DNA of 64,000 nt. Origin: an uncultured bacterium (GTDB lineage Bacteria; Verrucomicrobiota; Verrucomicrobiia; Limisphaerales; UBA8199). Positions 9,588 through 21,127 of this stretch are shown piece after piece. Each line of letters opens with the position of its first letter. Within the stretch, counting starts at the first letter, position 1. Position numbers and translations under genes: made by a program. The stretch spans positions 64,001 to 128,000 of the forward strand of contig CAVVMW010000005.1 in assembly GCA_963749495.1 (NCBI GenBank), in the 5' to 3' direction. The notes under the pieces are model-generated. The model made no database searches. It was given only the letters and a program-made list of their open reading frames with translations, and was not told the DNA's origin.

Positions 9588-10966
9588 ATGAACGTTCCTG
9601 TATTCCTTCGCCGCGAGGGCTCAACGCTCCGGGTTTGGCTGGCTTTGGGCGCGGTGTGCGGCCTGTTCGGGGGGCCCAACGCCCTTTTTGGCGAAGACTG
9701 GCCCCAGTGGCTGGGCCCAACCGCGACGCCGTCTGGCGCGAGGGCGGGATCGTCGAGCGGTTTCCCGCCAACGGCCCGCCGGTTTGCTGGCGGACCCCTA
9801 TCGGCTCGGGATACTCGGGCCCGGTCGTTTCCGGCGGGCGCGTGTACGTCACCGACCGCCAGCTTGCCCGGGGGACCAACAACCCGGCCGAGCCGTCCCG
9901 GCAAGGGCCGGTCCACGGCGGCGAGCGGGTGCTCTGCCTGGACGAGCGGAGCGGGTCGTTGCTGTGGGAGCGGGCCTATGAATGCGCTTACACGGTGAGC
10001 TACCCGGCGGGGCCGCGCGTGGCCCCGCTGGTCAACGGCGGGCGGGTCTTCACCCTGGGCGCCGAAGGGAACCTTTTCTGCCTGGAGGCGACGAACGGGG
10101 CGGTGGTGTGGTCGCGGGATTTAAAGAAGGACTACGGCGTGAAGGCGCCGCAGTGGGGCTTCGCCGGGCACCCGTTGCTGGACGGCAACCGCTTGATCTG
10201 CCTGGTCGGCGGGGCCGGCACCACGGCAGTCGCCTTCGACAAAGACACCGGCAAGGAGGTCTGGCGCGCCCTGAGCGCCGCAGAGCCCGGCTACAGTTCG
10301 CCAGTGATCTATGAGGCGGGCGGCACACGCCAACTCATCCTGTGGCACCCCGAGGCGGTCAATTCCCTCAACCCGGCCACCGGCGAGGTCTATTGGTCGG
10401 TCCCCTTCAGTTCCCGCACCGGCCTGTGCGTGGCCACGCCGCGCAAGCTCGGCGACTTGCTCCTGGTGAGCGCCTTTTACAACGGCTCGCTGATGCTCCG
10501 GCTCGATCCGGACCGGCCCGCCGCCACGGCAGTCTGGCGCACCCAAAAGGCCACTGAGATGCAAACCACTCACCTCAATGCCATTATCTGCACCCCATTC
10601 CTCGAAGATGGATACATCTACGGGGTCTGCAGCTACGGCCAATTGCGCTGCCTCAAGGCCGATACCGGGGCGCGCCTCTGGGAGACCTTCAAGGCCACCA
10701 CCGCCGGCAGCCCCGTCCGCTGGGCCAATGCCTTCCTCATCAAGAACGGCAACCGGTTCTTCCTCTTCAACGAGGGCGGCAACCTCATCATCGCCCGCCT
10801 CACCCCGCGCGGCTACGAGGAAATCAGCCGCGCGCACGTCCTCGAACCGGCCAATGCCGACCCCGGCCGCCATGTCGTCTGGTCTCACCCCGCATTCGCC
10901 AACCGCCGCATGTACGCCCGCAACGACAAGGAGATCATCTGCGTGGACCTGGCGGCACAGCCGTGA
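9588..10966 (+). CDS. PQQ-like beta-propeller (BamB-like) exported protein (frameshift near 9717)
   Basis: Signal peptide, EDWPQWLGP / NRDAVWRE, GYSGPVV, repeated G..VW motifs, WSHPAFAN. Confidence 0.85.
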
Positions 10967-11094
10967 AGCGTGAAACGTGAAACGTGAAACGTGAAACGTG
11001 CTCCGGGAGGCCCGATTTAACCGCAAAGATCGCAGAGAACACAAAGAGCCTGGAATAGAGGCATTTCTTTGCGATCTTTGCGATCTTTGCGGTT
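10963..11094. repeat. (GTGAAAC)n heptamer array plus inverted 9-mer element (CGCAAAGAT / ATCTTTGCG)
   Basis: Read directly. Confidence 0.8.
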
Positions 11095-11196
11095 AGTTCT
11101 GCAACTGCCTCTTATCTTTCTGCCCCCATTTTTCTGCCTCCTTCGGCTTTCGGATTTTGTGTTTGGAACCTGGCGCGGTTGGATTAGATTGGCCGC

Positions 11197-12085
11197 ATGG
11201 CCTTAAAACGAAAAGATCTGGCTCGGCGCTATCGAATCGCCGATGAGAAGAAATTCTGCCTGAAGGACATCGAACCCTGCGGACACCTGGAAACTCAAGC
11301 CCAAGGACCACGCCCAGCAATGGCTGGAGGAGGGCGTGGAGCGGCTCTCCCGGCTGCAGGACCTGCTCTATGCCCAGAACCAGTGGGCCTTGCTCCTGAT
11401 CTTCCAGGCCATCGATGCCGCCGGCAAAGACGGCACCATCAAGCACGTCATGTCCGGCGTCAATCCCCAGGGCTGCATGGTCTTCTCGTTCAAGGCCCCG
11501 TCGAGCGAAGAGCTGAGCCATGATTTCATGTGGCGCAGCAACAAGTGCATGCCCGAGCGCGGGCGCATCGGCATCTTCAACCGCTCCTATTACGAGGAGG
11601 TCCTCGTGGTGCGCGTTCACCCGGAATTGCTCGCCCACCAGAAGTTGCCCCCCTCGCTCGTCACCAAGGACATCTGGAAAGAGCGGTTCCAGGACATCAA
11701 CGCCTTCGAGCACTACCTGACCCGCAACGGGGTGCTCATCCGCAAGTTCTTCCTCCACGTCTCGAAAAAGGAGCAGCGCCAGCGCCTCCTGGACCGCCTG
11801 GAGCAGCCCGAAAAGAATTGGAAGATTTCCCTGGCCGACGTGCAGGAGCGCCGGTGCTGGGGTGATTACATGGAGGCCTACCAGGACATGATCCGCCACA
11901 CCGCAACCGAGCGCGCCCCCTGGTATGTCGTGCCGGCCGACAACAAATGGTTCGCCCGCCTGGTCGTGGCCGAGGTCATCGTCGCTGCGCTGGAATCGCT
12001 CGACCTCAAGTACCCTGAACTGGACGAGGCCAAACGCAAGGAATTGGCATCCATCCGCAAGGCGCTGCTGAAGGGGCAAGGCTGA
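11197..12085 (+). CDS. ppk2: Polyphosphate kinase 2 family protein (frameshift near 11274)
   Basis: FQAIDAAGKDGTIKHV, FKAPS.EE, FNRSYYEEVL, APWYVVPADNKW. Confidence 0.92.
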
Positions 12086-12190
12086 AGGCTAAAGGCTAAA
12101 GGCTGAAGTGCGGAGTGAGAGCGCACGACCGATTTCTTCCAGCAGGATCGCAACGGGTTGCGACAACGCCGAAGGCGTCCTTCATACCTG

Positions 12191-12986
12191 CTACGTCGCG
12201 ATGCGGACGTTGACGTGGAGGGCGCCGGGGACGGGTTGGGTGGAGGCCACGAGGAGGTAGCCGCCGCCGCAGCCCGAGGTACATGGCGCCGGGATAGGAC
12301 CGCTGGTAGGCCCTGAGCAGGGCTGCCAAATCCAGTTTGAGCAGCGGATGGCGCAGGACGCGGGGGAGCAGGGTCTCCCAGCATTTCATGGTGAGGTTGA
12401 AGGAGCGGCCCAGCGCGGCGATGTCGCGCCGGCGGATGGCCTGGAAGCAATCGCGTCCGGACTGGCCGAGGCGCGCGATCCATCGCGGGTCGAGGTTCTT
12501 GACGCCCAGGGGGCTATAGCCCAGGGGCCGCGGCTCGACCGGGAGCAGGTGCAGGACCTTTTCGAGCCAGCGGGCGGGGCGGGGGTCGTTGAGCGACTCG
12601 ATGTGGGAGGGGAACACGCCGCCCTGGATGGCGAAGTCGTAGTCGAGCCGGTTGATGCCTGGGTAGATCAGGCCGATCATGTCCTGGGAGCCGCTGGGGT
12701 GGGCCTTGCCTTGGTTTTCGGCCTGGTAGAGCTCGATGGCCAGTTCGGCAAGCGGGCGGGCGGGCAACCGGCCTTTCCACAGCCTGGACGCCACGGCGCG
12801 GGTGCCGCTGGCGATGCCGGAGCGGTCCATGGGGCGGAAGTCGGGCTCGATTTGCACGACCACCATCGAGCCTGGGGGCTTGGGATTGTGTCGCGAGACG
12901 AAGGGCTGGTCGATCCAGCCCCCGGCCAGTTGCAGGCGGTTGGGGATGGCGCCCAGGACCTGCTGGATGGGATTGAGTTTTCTCAT
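12191..12986 (-). CDS. GHMP-kinase-like protein (frameshift near 12278)
   Basis: IPNRLQLAGGWIDQP, RSGIASGT, SGSQD; shifted frame gives YSGCGGGYLLV ending at TAG 12191. Confidence 0.7.
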
Positions 12987-13012
12987 GAATGGGCAGATAA
13001 CGGATTGAAAAG

Positions 13013-14647
13013 TCAATCTGGAAGCCGCACCACCCTGAGCGAGTCCAGGTCGAACCAGGCCTGGCCCGAGGAGGCGCGCAGTTCGCAGATGAACTCGATC
13101 TCCTGGACGGGACGCTCGACCTGGAACCGGGCGCCGAGCAGTTGCCAGGAGGAGTCGCCGACCATGTTGCCGGCCTGGCGCAGACCGCCGCCAATCCGCA
13201 GCCCGGCGCCCTGGTGAAGGCCCGAAGGCAGGGGCTTGACCCCGCCCACGGTCGCCCGGCCTTCGAAACGGTAGCTTCCGCGCTCCAGCAGCGCGGTCGT
13301 CCGCCACGAGGCTGAGGTTCGCGGCCCGGCCACGATGTGCAGGGCGGGCACGCTCCCAGGCCCCTGGGCGCGGTCCATCCTCCCGCCCTCCGGCGCGTCC
13401 GCCGCCACCCACCCGCTCAAGCGGCCGACACCGCCGTGGAGTTCCATGAGCTTGAGTTCGGGCCGGCCCAATTGGGTCTCCAGGTCGCGCTGCCGCTGCG
13501 CGATACGGTCCTTGACCTGGAGCGCCTCCTTTTGCAAGGCCTCGAAGTCGGCCCCAGCCAGACAGGGGCGCAATTCCAGGGCAAGCTGCTCGACGCGTTG
13601 GGCCAACAGCTCGGTCCTGAAGAGGTTGGTGAAGAGGGTGCGGAAGCAGGTCTCGTAGCGGGCCTTTCCCTCCGGGGTCTCCATCACGGCCCGCGCGACC
13701 AGTCCGGACAGGAAGGGACGCCAGGGCAACTGGGCGGAGCCCAGGAGTTGGTCCATGCCGTGCGGCAAGAAGACCATCTTGCCGCTGTCCAGGTCGTGAT
13801 AGACCCTGAAATTATTCCGGGCCAGGCAATAGCCGTCGCGGTGGCCGAGCATGACTTCCATGGCCATGAAGGCCAGGAACCGTTGCGTGTCGAGGGTCTG
13901 TTCCAGGCGCGCCCAGCGCCGCGCCGGGTCGGGTTCGAGAGCGGCCTCGGCCAGGGCCTTGAGGGCGGCTCGGCCGCCTGCCGGGGCCGGGAGCGAATTG
14001 CGCTTGAGGCGCTGGTTGATGTCGTGACCGTTTTCGGGCTCGAAGAGGTCGCCGCAGACCCGCTTGAAATGGCAGGCCAGGAAATCCTCGGTGAATCCCT
14101 CTTTAAGGACGTAGAGGCCCAAGGGGCGTCCGTTGAGCACGACCAGGGCGCGCGTGACGCGGGGCGCCGGCACCCCCGCCGCTCGGAACAGCTCGCTGCC
14201 GAGCTTTTCGTTGGTGTAACTGGGGTCCTCGACTGAGTTGTTCAAGTGGATGCGGCGCAGGCCGTGGAACCTCCGGCCCTGGTCGAGACGGCAGAAATCC
14301 AGCGTCAATGCCGGCTTATCGTCCAGCGGGCGGAAGCTCCCCAACGAGCCTTTGAGATGGACGGCCACGTCCGGATAGACGTTGGTCCCTTCGAAGAGGG
14401 TGGCGGGAACGAACTGGCGCGCCTGCCGGCGCAGGCTCTCCAGGTCCTGTGCGCTGAGCTGGAGGCGCAGCCGCGGGATGGAACCGTTCGTGAACAAGTC
14501 CGCGCCAGGCAACGCCGGTCCGCTTGCCTCGGCAGCCGCGCCGCAGGCCGCGGCCGCAAGCCACACCAGGCCGCAACCGGCTCGCAGGCCCTGAAGGATG
14601 CGAGAGCCGAAAGCCGGACGAAGCAGAATCATTATTGGCAGAATCAT
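13013..14647 (-). CDS. CotH kinase family exported protein
   Basis: HLKG..GSFR..DDKP, HLNNSVEDP, GLYVLKE, H.DGY...NNFRVY, HGMD. Confidence 0.85.
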   Translation of the reverse strand: MILPIMILLRPAFGSRILQGLRAGCGLVWLAAAACGAAAEASGPALPGADLFTNGSIPRLRLQLSAQDLESLRRQARQFVPATLFEGTNVYPDVAVHLKGSLGSFRPLDDKPALTLDFCRLDQGRRFHGLRRIHLNNSVEDPSYTNEKLGSELFRAAGVPAPRVTRALVVLNGRPLGLYVLKEGFTEDFLACHFKRVCGDLFEPENGHDINQRLKRNSLPAPAGGRAALKALAEAALEPDPARRWARLEQTLDTQRFLAFMAMEVMLGHRDGYCLARNNFRVYHDLDSGKMVFLPHGMDQLLGSAQLPWRPFLSGLVARAVMETPEGKARYETCFRTLFTNLFRTELLAQRVEQLALELRPCLAGADFEALQKEALQVKDRIAQRQRDLETQLGRPELKLMELHGGVGRLSGWVAADAPEGGRMDRAQGPGSVPALHIVAGPRTSASWRTTALLERGSYRFEGRATVGGVKPLPSGLHQGAGLRIGGGLRQAGNMVGDSSWQLLGARFQVERPVQEIEFICELRASSGQAWFDLDSLRVVRLPD

Positions 14648-14650
14648 TTT

Positions 14651-14767
14651 TAGAGTCGTTGAATTTCAAAATGTGATGCAGACAGGTCAAGTTTGTGGCA
14701 CGGGCATCTTGCCCGTGGATGCTCGGGCAGGATGCCCGAGCCACGGTCTGAGGCCCAGCCTCGCTAG
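14651..14767. repeat. 117-bp MITE/REP-like element; other copies at 16021-16137 and 18272-18388
   Basis: Three near-identical copies with an internal GGCACGGGCATCCTGCCC hairpin; copy 3 is bounded by CTAG on both sides. Confidence 0.9.
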
Positions 14768-14888
14768 AAGAATTATTCTTGTGATTCCGCCAACAATGAT
14801 TCTGCGGATTTCTGATTTTGTGCTTCGGGTTTCAGATTTCAGATTTCGGATTTCCCATTGTGCCGGCGCACTTCAACCGTTGGGGCCC

Positions 14889-16144
14889 TTACTTGGAGGC
14901 GGAGCCGGCAACCGCCCTTTTCCTCACCACCGCCAGGGCATTGCAGGCGGGCCGTTCCTGGCCCTCGCTGGGGCTGTTTTTGACGGCGCCGAAGGCCCAG
15001 AGGGTTGTCGAGCCGCCGCCGTCGAAATTCATGGCCTGCTCGCAACCGATCTTGAGCATGTAGTCGGCCAGTTCCGGCAGGGTCATGCCAATCGAGACCT
15101 CCATCTGCCGGCCGTCCACCACGACCAGGAAGATGTAATCCTTGTTCCAGCCCATCGCGCTGCGCGGGTGCCGCACCTGGATGATGTCATTCCAACGCAG
15201 CACCTTGCCCTCCCGCACCAGGGCCGGACCCCCGCCAATCGCCACCTGAACGCCCGACAGATCGGGGCTGGTCTCGGTGATGAGCTTGAGCCTGGCCCCG
15301 GCAGCCAGTGGCGGCAGGCTGCGCGCCAGCCGGGGGCCGACCGACAAGACCATCGTGTCGGGCCTCAGCGGCGTGTTCCCGGCGGTCGAGACCCGGCCCA
15401 CCCGGGCCTCATAGACCTGGCCGATGCGCAAGGGCAGCCATGGGCCGTTGGTCGCAGCGGGTCGAGGCGGTACTCGACCCCGCCGGAGGCGCGCGTGGAC
15501 CTGCCCACCGCCGCCGTGTAGAGCACCACGGTGTCGTTTGTCCGGTATTGGTTCAACCCGATCTGCGTGACCTTGCCGTTGGGCCAGACGACCCGGAAGC
15601 GCGACGTGATATTGGTCATCTGCGGTTGCCCCTGGGTATCGATCCAGAACGAGGTATAGCCCGAGGGGCTGCTCACGACCTCGCCCCGGCGGATCTGCAC
15701 GTCCCGCGGGCGCCCTTCGTAACCCTTAATCTTATGATAGAAATCGCCGTTGATGGCGGCGACGACCTGGCCCAAGTCCGGCGGCAAGGTCTTGAGCTGC
15801 TCGGAGACGAGGTCCATGCCCAGAGCGTCCGCTTTGCCGAAGGTGGTGCAAAACCGCACGTCTGAAGCCGAGCGGCTGACCTTGATGATGTGGCAGGACA
15901 TCGGCGCCCTGGGGTCAACGTCGTTGGTGTAGAGCACGGAACCGTCCTGGGGGGAAGGCGGGCTGGCGGCGGCGGCGAGCCGTGCCCCGGCCAAGAGCAG
16001 AATGAGGGTGCGCCAGAATCCAAAGTCCTTGAATTTCAAAACGTGATGCAGACAGGTCAAGTTTGTGGCACGGGCATCCTGCCCGTGGGGGCTTGGGCAG
16101 GATGCCCGAGCCACGGTCTGAGGCCCTGCCTTGCTAGATTTCAT
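14889..16144 (-). CDS. Phosphodiester glycosidase (NAGPA-like) family protein 2 (frameshift near 15461)
   Basis: AAINGDFY, GGGP.LV, RHPRSAMG, VDGR, NFDGGGS, NSPS.G.ER. Confidence 0.85.
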
Positions 16145-17565
16145 TTGGCAGCTTTCTTCAGGACCACCAGTGAGTTAGCGATGGGCCGCTCGCGGCCGTC
16201 GCAGGGGCTGTTGCGCACCTGGCCATCGCACCAGAGGGTGGCGGAGCCGCCACCATCCAGGTTGAGCACGTTATCGCAACCCAGCTTGACCATGAACCTG
16301 GAAAGCTCCTCGAGCGTCATCCCGACCGAGAGGTCGCGCTGGCGTCCATCGACCTCGATGAGGAAGAAGAACTGCTGGCTCCAGCCCAAGGCGGTGCGGG
16401 GGTGCCGCTCGATCATCGAGGAGAGCTCATAAGAGTCGGTAGGCGAGGCCTTGAGGGGCTGCCGTTTGCCGTCCTGGACCAACACCGGGCCGCCGCTCAG
16501 GGCGGTGCGCACGCCCAGCAATCGGGGCGCCGAGGCAGTCGAGAGGTGCAACACGGCCCCCGAGGTGAGCTTCGGGACCTTGTCCATGATGGCCGGGCCC
16601 AGGGAGAGCACCAGGAGGTCCGGGGCCAGGGGGGTGTTGCCGCCGGGCCGGATTTCACGCACGCGGGCCGGGTAGGTCCGCCCGATGCGCAGCGGCAGCC
16701 ACGGCTCCCGCCCCTGCCGCTCCAGGACCAGTTCCCGCCCGCCGCTGGTGTGCGTCGAGGCCCCGATGGCCGGCGTGTAGAGTTCGACCGAATCGGGCCG
16801 GCGCTCCCCGTTCAACCGGAACGGCGTGGCTGTTCCATCGGGCCAGGTGACCTGGAATCCCGAGACCACCCTGGCCACATGCGGTTCGCCCAGGACATCC
16901 AGCCAGAAGGCGGGTCCGCCCGAGGGCGCGCTGAGCAGTTCGCCTTCGACGATTTGCAAGCCGCGCGGAGCGCCTGCATAGGCCTTGTCCCGGAGATAGA
17001 AATCGCCATTGATGGCGGCCGCCGGCAGGCCAATTGATGGTGAGCATCGGGCCAACTGGGCGCTGAGTTTCTCCAGGCCCAGGGCATGCCCTCCTGCGTG
17101 CATCGAGTGCAGCTCGTATTGCGAATTGGCGCGCGGCACCCGGACCACGTGGATTGACCAGAGCGGGTTGCCCACCCGGTAGTTGGTGTAGAGCAGCCCG
17201 GGGAGCGGAACTGTTGCGCTCTGCGCCGCGCAGGCCTGCACCCACGCCGACGCAGCCAGTAATGCAATAGAAACGTGAACCGTGAACCGTGAACCGTGAA
17301 CCGTGAAACGTGAACCCTGAACGCTGAACCCTGAACGCTGAACCCTGAACCGTGAAATGAAAGCGAGCACGTGGCCCCAGGCCGACGCGGCGAGCACTGC
17401 CGGAGCCCGGCCCAGGAGCGCGGACATGCTTGTCCGCCTCGGGCGGCCTGCCAAACCCGTCGGACAAGAATGTCCTCGTTCCGATTCCGGGGCCGGGGCA
17501 GAGAGGTGGCCAATCCCCCGCCTCGCCCCGAATATGGCTGCAAACATAGCCTGTGCTCTTATCAC
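16141..17565 (-). CDS. Phosphodiester glycosidase (NAGPA-like) family protein 1
   Basis: AAINGDFY, RHPRTALG, VDGRQ, NLDGGGS, ERPIANSL; start uncertain and N-terminus repeat-derived. Confidence 0.85.
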   Translation of the reverse strand: MIRAQAMFAAIFGARRGIGHLSAPAPESERGHSCPTGLAGRPRRTSMSALLGRAPAVLAASAWGHVLAFISRFRVQRSGFSVQGSRFTVHGSRFTVHVSIALLAASAWVQACAAQSATVPLPGLLYTNYRVGNPLWSIHVVRVPRANSQYELHSMHAGGHALGLEKLSAQLARCSPSIGLPAAAINGDFYLRDKAYAGAPRGLQIVEGELLSAPSGGPAFWLDVLGEPHVARVVSGFQVTWPDGTATPFRLNGERRPDSVELYTPAIGASTHTSGGRELVLERQGREPWLPLRIGRTYPARVREIRPGGNTPLAPDLLVLSLGPAIMDKVPKLTSGAVLHLSTASAPRLLGVRTALSGGPVLVQDGKRQPLKASPTDSYELSSMIERHPRTALGWSQQFFFLIEVDGRQRDLSVGMTLEELSRFMVKLGCDNVLNLDGGGSATLWCDGQVRNSPCDGRERPIANSLVVLKKAAK

Positions 17566-17644
17566 GCCGGGCGCCCCCCTTCAATAGTAAAGTCGCCTAA
17601 AATCGCCTACGGGCGCATTTCACTTTCTTGGGTAGCCTCTGCTA

Positions 17645-17902
17645 ATCCCGAAGGGATAGAATCACTCAGCCCAGGGTTGCGCGGCACGCGCTACCCTGGG
17701 ACCCGGCCACCCAAATGCCCGGGCTACCCTGAAAGGGTTTCATCGCCAGCGCTCAACCGTCCTCGATCCCGGCCGTGTCGCTCGTCGGATGCGGTACACG
17801 CGAGCCCGATGCGACCCTTTCAGGGTCGCGGCTCGAGTTGGCTGGGTTGACCCAGGGTAGCGCGTTCAACCCTGGGCTGAATGAATACCATCCCTTTGGG
17901 AC
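17645..17902. repeat. REP-like element ATCCCGAAGGGAT..CAGCCCAGGGTTG...CCCTGGGCTG; related copy at 55162-55274
   Basis: Shared TCACTCAGCCCAGGGTTGCGCGGCAC.CGCTACCCTGGG core and inverted ends. Confidence 0.8.
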
Positions 17903-18037
17903 GGCTGTTATGACTCACGCCGTTGGCGTCTCAAACTGCCCCGCACTGTTCAGTTTCACCCTGCCGCGTGTGACGCCGGAAGCTCAGTGCCCGAACCGGG
18001 TGTGGGACAAGATTCTTCGGATCGGCGGGCCTCTGTT

Positions 18038-18249
18038 CACCGCGGAGCGGTGTCCTGATGGTAGCCGGGTGGCTTTAGCCCCCGGTCAAGGTGCCGGAGA
18101 AGTCCCGGCGTCGCGTAGCGACGCGTGAGACGGCCTGCGGCCCCGAGGGCCTGGGCGGCTCAGGCGTCGCTACGCGACGCGACCCTCTGGCTAAAACCCC
18201 TTTCCGTGGGCTGAAGCCACACGGCTACCTTCGTATCATCGCTACGCGA
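18038..18249. repeat. ~200-bp REP-like element with CGTCGCGTAGCGACG hairpins; other copies at 21380-21590 and (inverted) 58835-59027
   Basis: Shared CACCGCG.AGCGGTG, GATGGTAGCCG, GGCGTCGCTACGC and CACGGCTACCTTC blocks. Confidence 0.85.
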
Positions 18250-18466
18250 TGAGCAGAGCCGGACCAGTGTCTAGAGTCCTTGAATTTCAAAACGTGATGC
18301 AGACAGGTCAAGTTTGTGGCACGGGCATCCTGCCCGTGAGGGCTTGGGCAGGATGCCCGAGCCAGGGTCTGAGGCCCGGCCTCGCTAGCTGTCTAGGCAC
18401 GCGCCTTCAGCCTTCAGCCTTTAGCCTTTAGCCTTTAGAGAACGACAGCCCCCACCCACCCAACCC

Positions 18467-21003
18467 TCAGGGTGTGCTTGTGCGATAAAAGCGCCAAGGA
18501 AACCGGCTGGTCGCGGAATCCCGGAATATGAGTGGGGCGTTGGTGGTTTTGTTGGTCAGGACCGCGACCCAATCGGTCAGGTTGGTCGAGGCCTGGATCA
18601 CCAGCCCTGGGCTGAGACCTGCGCTCACCTGGAGCGCGAACAGGCCGTTGGTCAATGGCAGGGCCAGCAACTGGGGTTGCTGGGACAAAACGACCAGGTT
18701 CGCCGCAGGGCTGAGCACCAGGCCGCTCGGCGTCTGGATAGCCAGGCGATATAGGCCGGCGTCAGCCAAACCGGCGCTGGCAACCACGAGCGTCGGGTTG
18801 GTCTGTCCTGCGATGTCAGCGCCATTCAACTGCCACTGGGAGCCGAGGGCATTGGTGACCTGGCCGGTCACGGACAGGGTCACGCTCGTTCCCGGCAACA
18901 CGGTCCGCTTGCGCCAGGGGACAGTCAGCGCCGGTTCAGTGATGGTCAGAGACTGCTTCGGCGCCAAATCATACATCTCCTGCGCGATACCCGAGGGCCA
19001 CTCGATGCGCACGGTGTCAATGTTCGTCGCATCGCCCAGCCCAAAATGCGCCAGCAACGGCTGCGTATTGCCTTTGCCGGCGCCGCCGAAAATCTCGCGC
19101 AACTGCCACCGGCTCGAGCCCCGGTAAAATGCCTTGACCCGCACCTTGGCCCCAATCCCCGCGCGGTTGGAGACCCTGCCAACGCATTCTACCTTGACCC
19201 AGCCGTTGCTGTTGCCGTTGTTCCGGTAGAGGACGTTGTTCCCGCTGCCGTTCGCCACAAAGAGGTCCAGGAAGCCGTCATTGTCATAATCCGCCCAGCC
19301 ACAGCAAAGGAAGAGGCCCACGTCGCTGGTCAGGCTGCCGAGGCTGACGGCAGCGAAGGTCCCGTCCCCGTTGTTGTGGTACAGGGCGTTCGGGGTCTGG
19401 CTGCTACTGCCATTGTTGATGACAAACAAGTCCAGGAAACCGTCGTTGTCGTAATCCCCCCAGGAGCAGCCGGTCGAAATCAGGGCCGTCATGACCGGAG
19501 GGCCCTGGGTCACTTGCGTGAACCTTCCGTTCCCCTCATTATGGTAGAGGCAGTTCTTGTTGGGTCCGCCGGCCGAGTTGGAGACGAACAGGTCCGGGAG
19601 GCCGTCGTTGTCATAGTCGCCCCAGGCGCAACTGCCGGTCCCGACCTGTCCATTGTTGAACGGAGTGCCCGTGATTCGGGTGAAAGACCCGTCCCCGTTG
19701 TTGTGGTAAAGCAGGCCCCCACCCGGGTACGCCGCGACATACAAGTCGGCGTAACCGTCATTGTCGTAGTCGGCCCACGCGGCGCCGTTCACGCCATAAC
19801 CCGCGCTCTTGAGTCCAGCGCCGGGGGCCGGGCTAAAGGTGCCGTCCCCGTTGTTTTGGAACAAGACGGAGCCCTGGGTGCCCGTGGTGTCGCTGACGAA
19901 CATGTCGAGCCAGCCATCGTTGTTATAGTCCACCCAATTGAGGCCCCCAGGATAGGGAACGAGCCCATGAATCAAATTTGATACTTGCGTGACGTTCGTA
20001 AACGCGCCCTCCCCATTGTTCCTACCCAGCGCCACCGCGCAGGCCTGGACGGTGGCCGCGTACTCCCCGAGCAAGAGATCGAGGCAGCCGTCGTTATCGA
20101 AGTCCCCGAGAGCTGCCGCGTAGGGGTCCCCCGGGTTGGCCGCCACGGGGGCGAGGCCCGTATCCGCCGTTTTACTGAAGGTGCCATCGCGGTTGTTATG
20201 GAAGATCAGCGGCGGGGAACCCGGCGTCAGGACCACCAGGTCCAGGTAGCCGTCATTGTCCAGGTCGCCCCACGCTGCCCCCCAAGAGTTGCCACCACTC
20301 ACCACGTCACCGGTGGTGATCTTGGTGAAGGCGGCGTCAACCTGGAGCGTGGCGACGCGGCTGGTGACCGCGCCGGCGAAGTTGGTCACCACCACCGTAT
20401 AGGAGGCCCCGGCGTCGGCCATTTGCGCGTTGGTCAGGACCAGCGCGTTCTTGGTCTGGCCGGGCAGGGCAGCCCCATTAAGGAACCACTGATAAGCTGG
20501 CGCCGGGAAGGCCGATGCCGCCACCCGATTCGTGAAGTTAGCGCCCAGGCTCACTGAGACACTGCTGGGCTGGCTGGTGATGCGAGGCAGCGTGGCGACC
20601 CAGAGCTGAACCACTTGGCTGGTGATCGCGCCGTCGGTGTTGGTGACCACCACGCGGTAGTCCCCTTCGTCGGTGCCTTGTAAGTTGGTCAGGACCAGGG
20701 TTGCGTTGGTGCAATCCGCGAGGTCAGAGAAGTCCAGCGAGCCGGCGTCCGTCTGCCACTGGTAGGCCAGGGGCGGGGTGCCGGTTGCCAGGACGGCGAA
20801 CGTTGCGGTCGTGCCGGCGACGTTCGTGCAGGACTGCGGCTGTTGGGTGATGATGGGCTGGCCCAGGGCAGGGCCGACCCCGGCCAGGAAAAGCCCAAGT
20901 GCGAGCCACGGGTGAAGGGCCCCTTCCCAGGGCGCTTTCTGCGCTGGATTCCAGGGCACGGAGTTCCGGTGCCCGCGGCGGGCTCAAACGGTCTGGTTTT
21001 CAT
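18467..21003 (-). CDS. Secreted Ig-like + FG-GAP/VCBS repeat + ASPIC/UnbV protein
   Basis: PIITQQPQS Ig repeats, many WGDYDNDG..DL repeats, NRAGIGAKV / HFGLG / IEWPSG, C-terminal QASTNLTDW...FYR; start is GTG 20959, or ATG 21003 with a frameshift. Confidence 0.88.
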
Positions 21004-21091
21004 GTCTTTGTTCCTTTCTGGTTCAGGCGGCAAGCGCCTGGGTTTGATTGTTGTTTTGGACTACATAGGCGAAGGCGTTGCTGCCTTCATC

Positions 21092-21127
21092 CATACATGC
21101 GCATTCCGGGAGAAAAAAGTATGGACG
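21092..21127 (-). promoter_or_regulatory. Putative ECF promoter CGTCCATAC-N16-GCGCATGTATG (copy 1)
   Basis: Same boxes and spacing as at 25436-25471 and 29783-29818. Confidence 0.7.
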
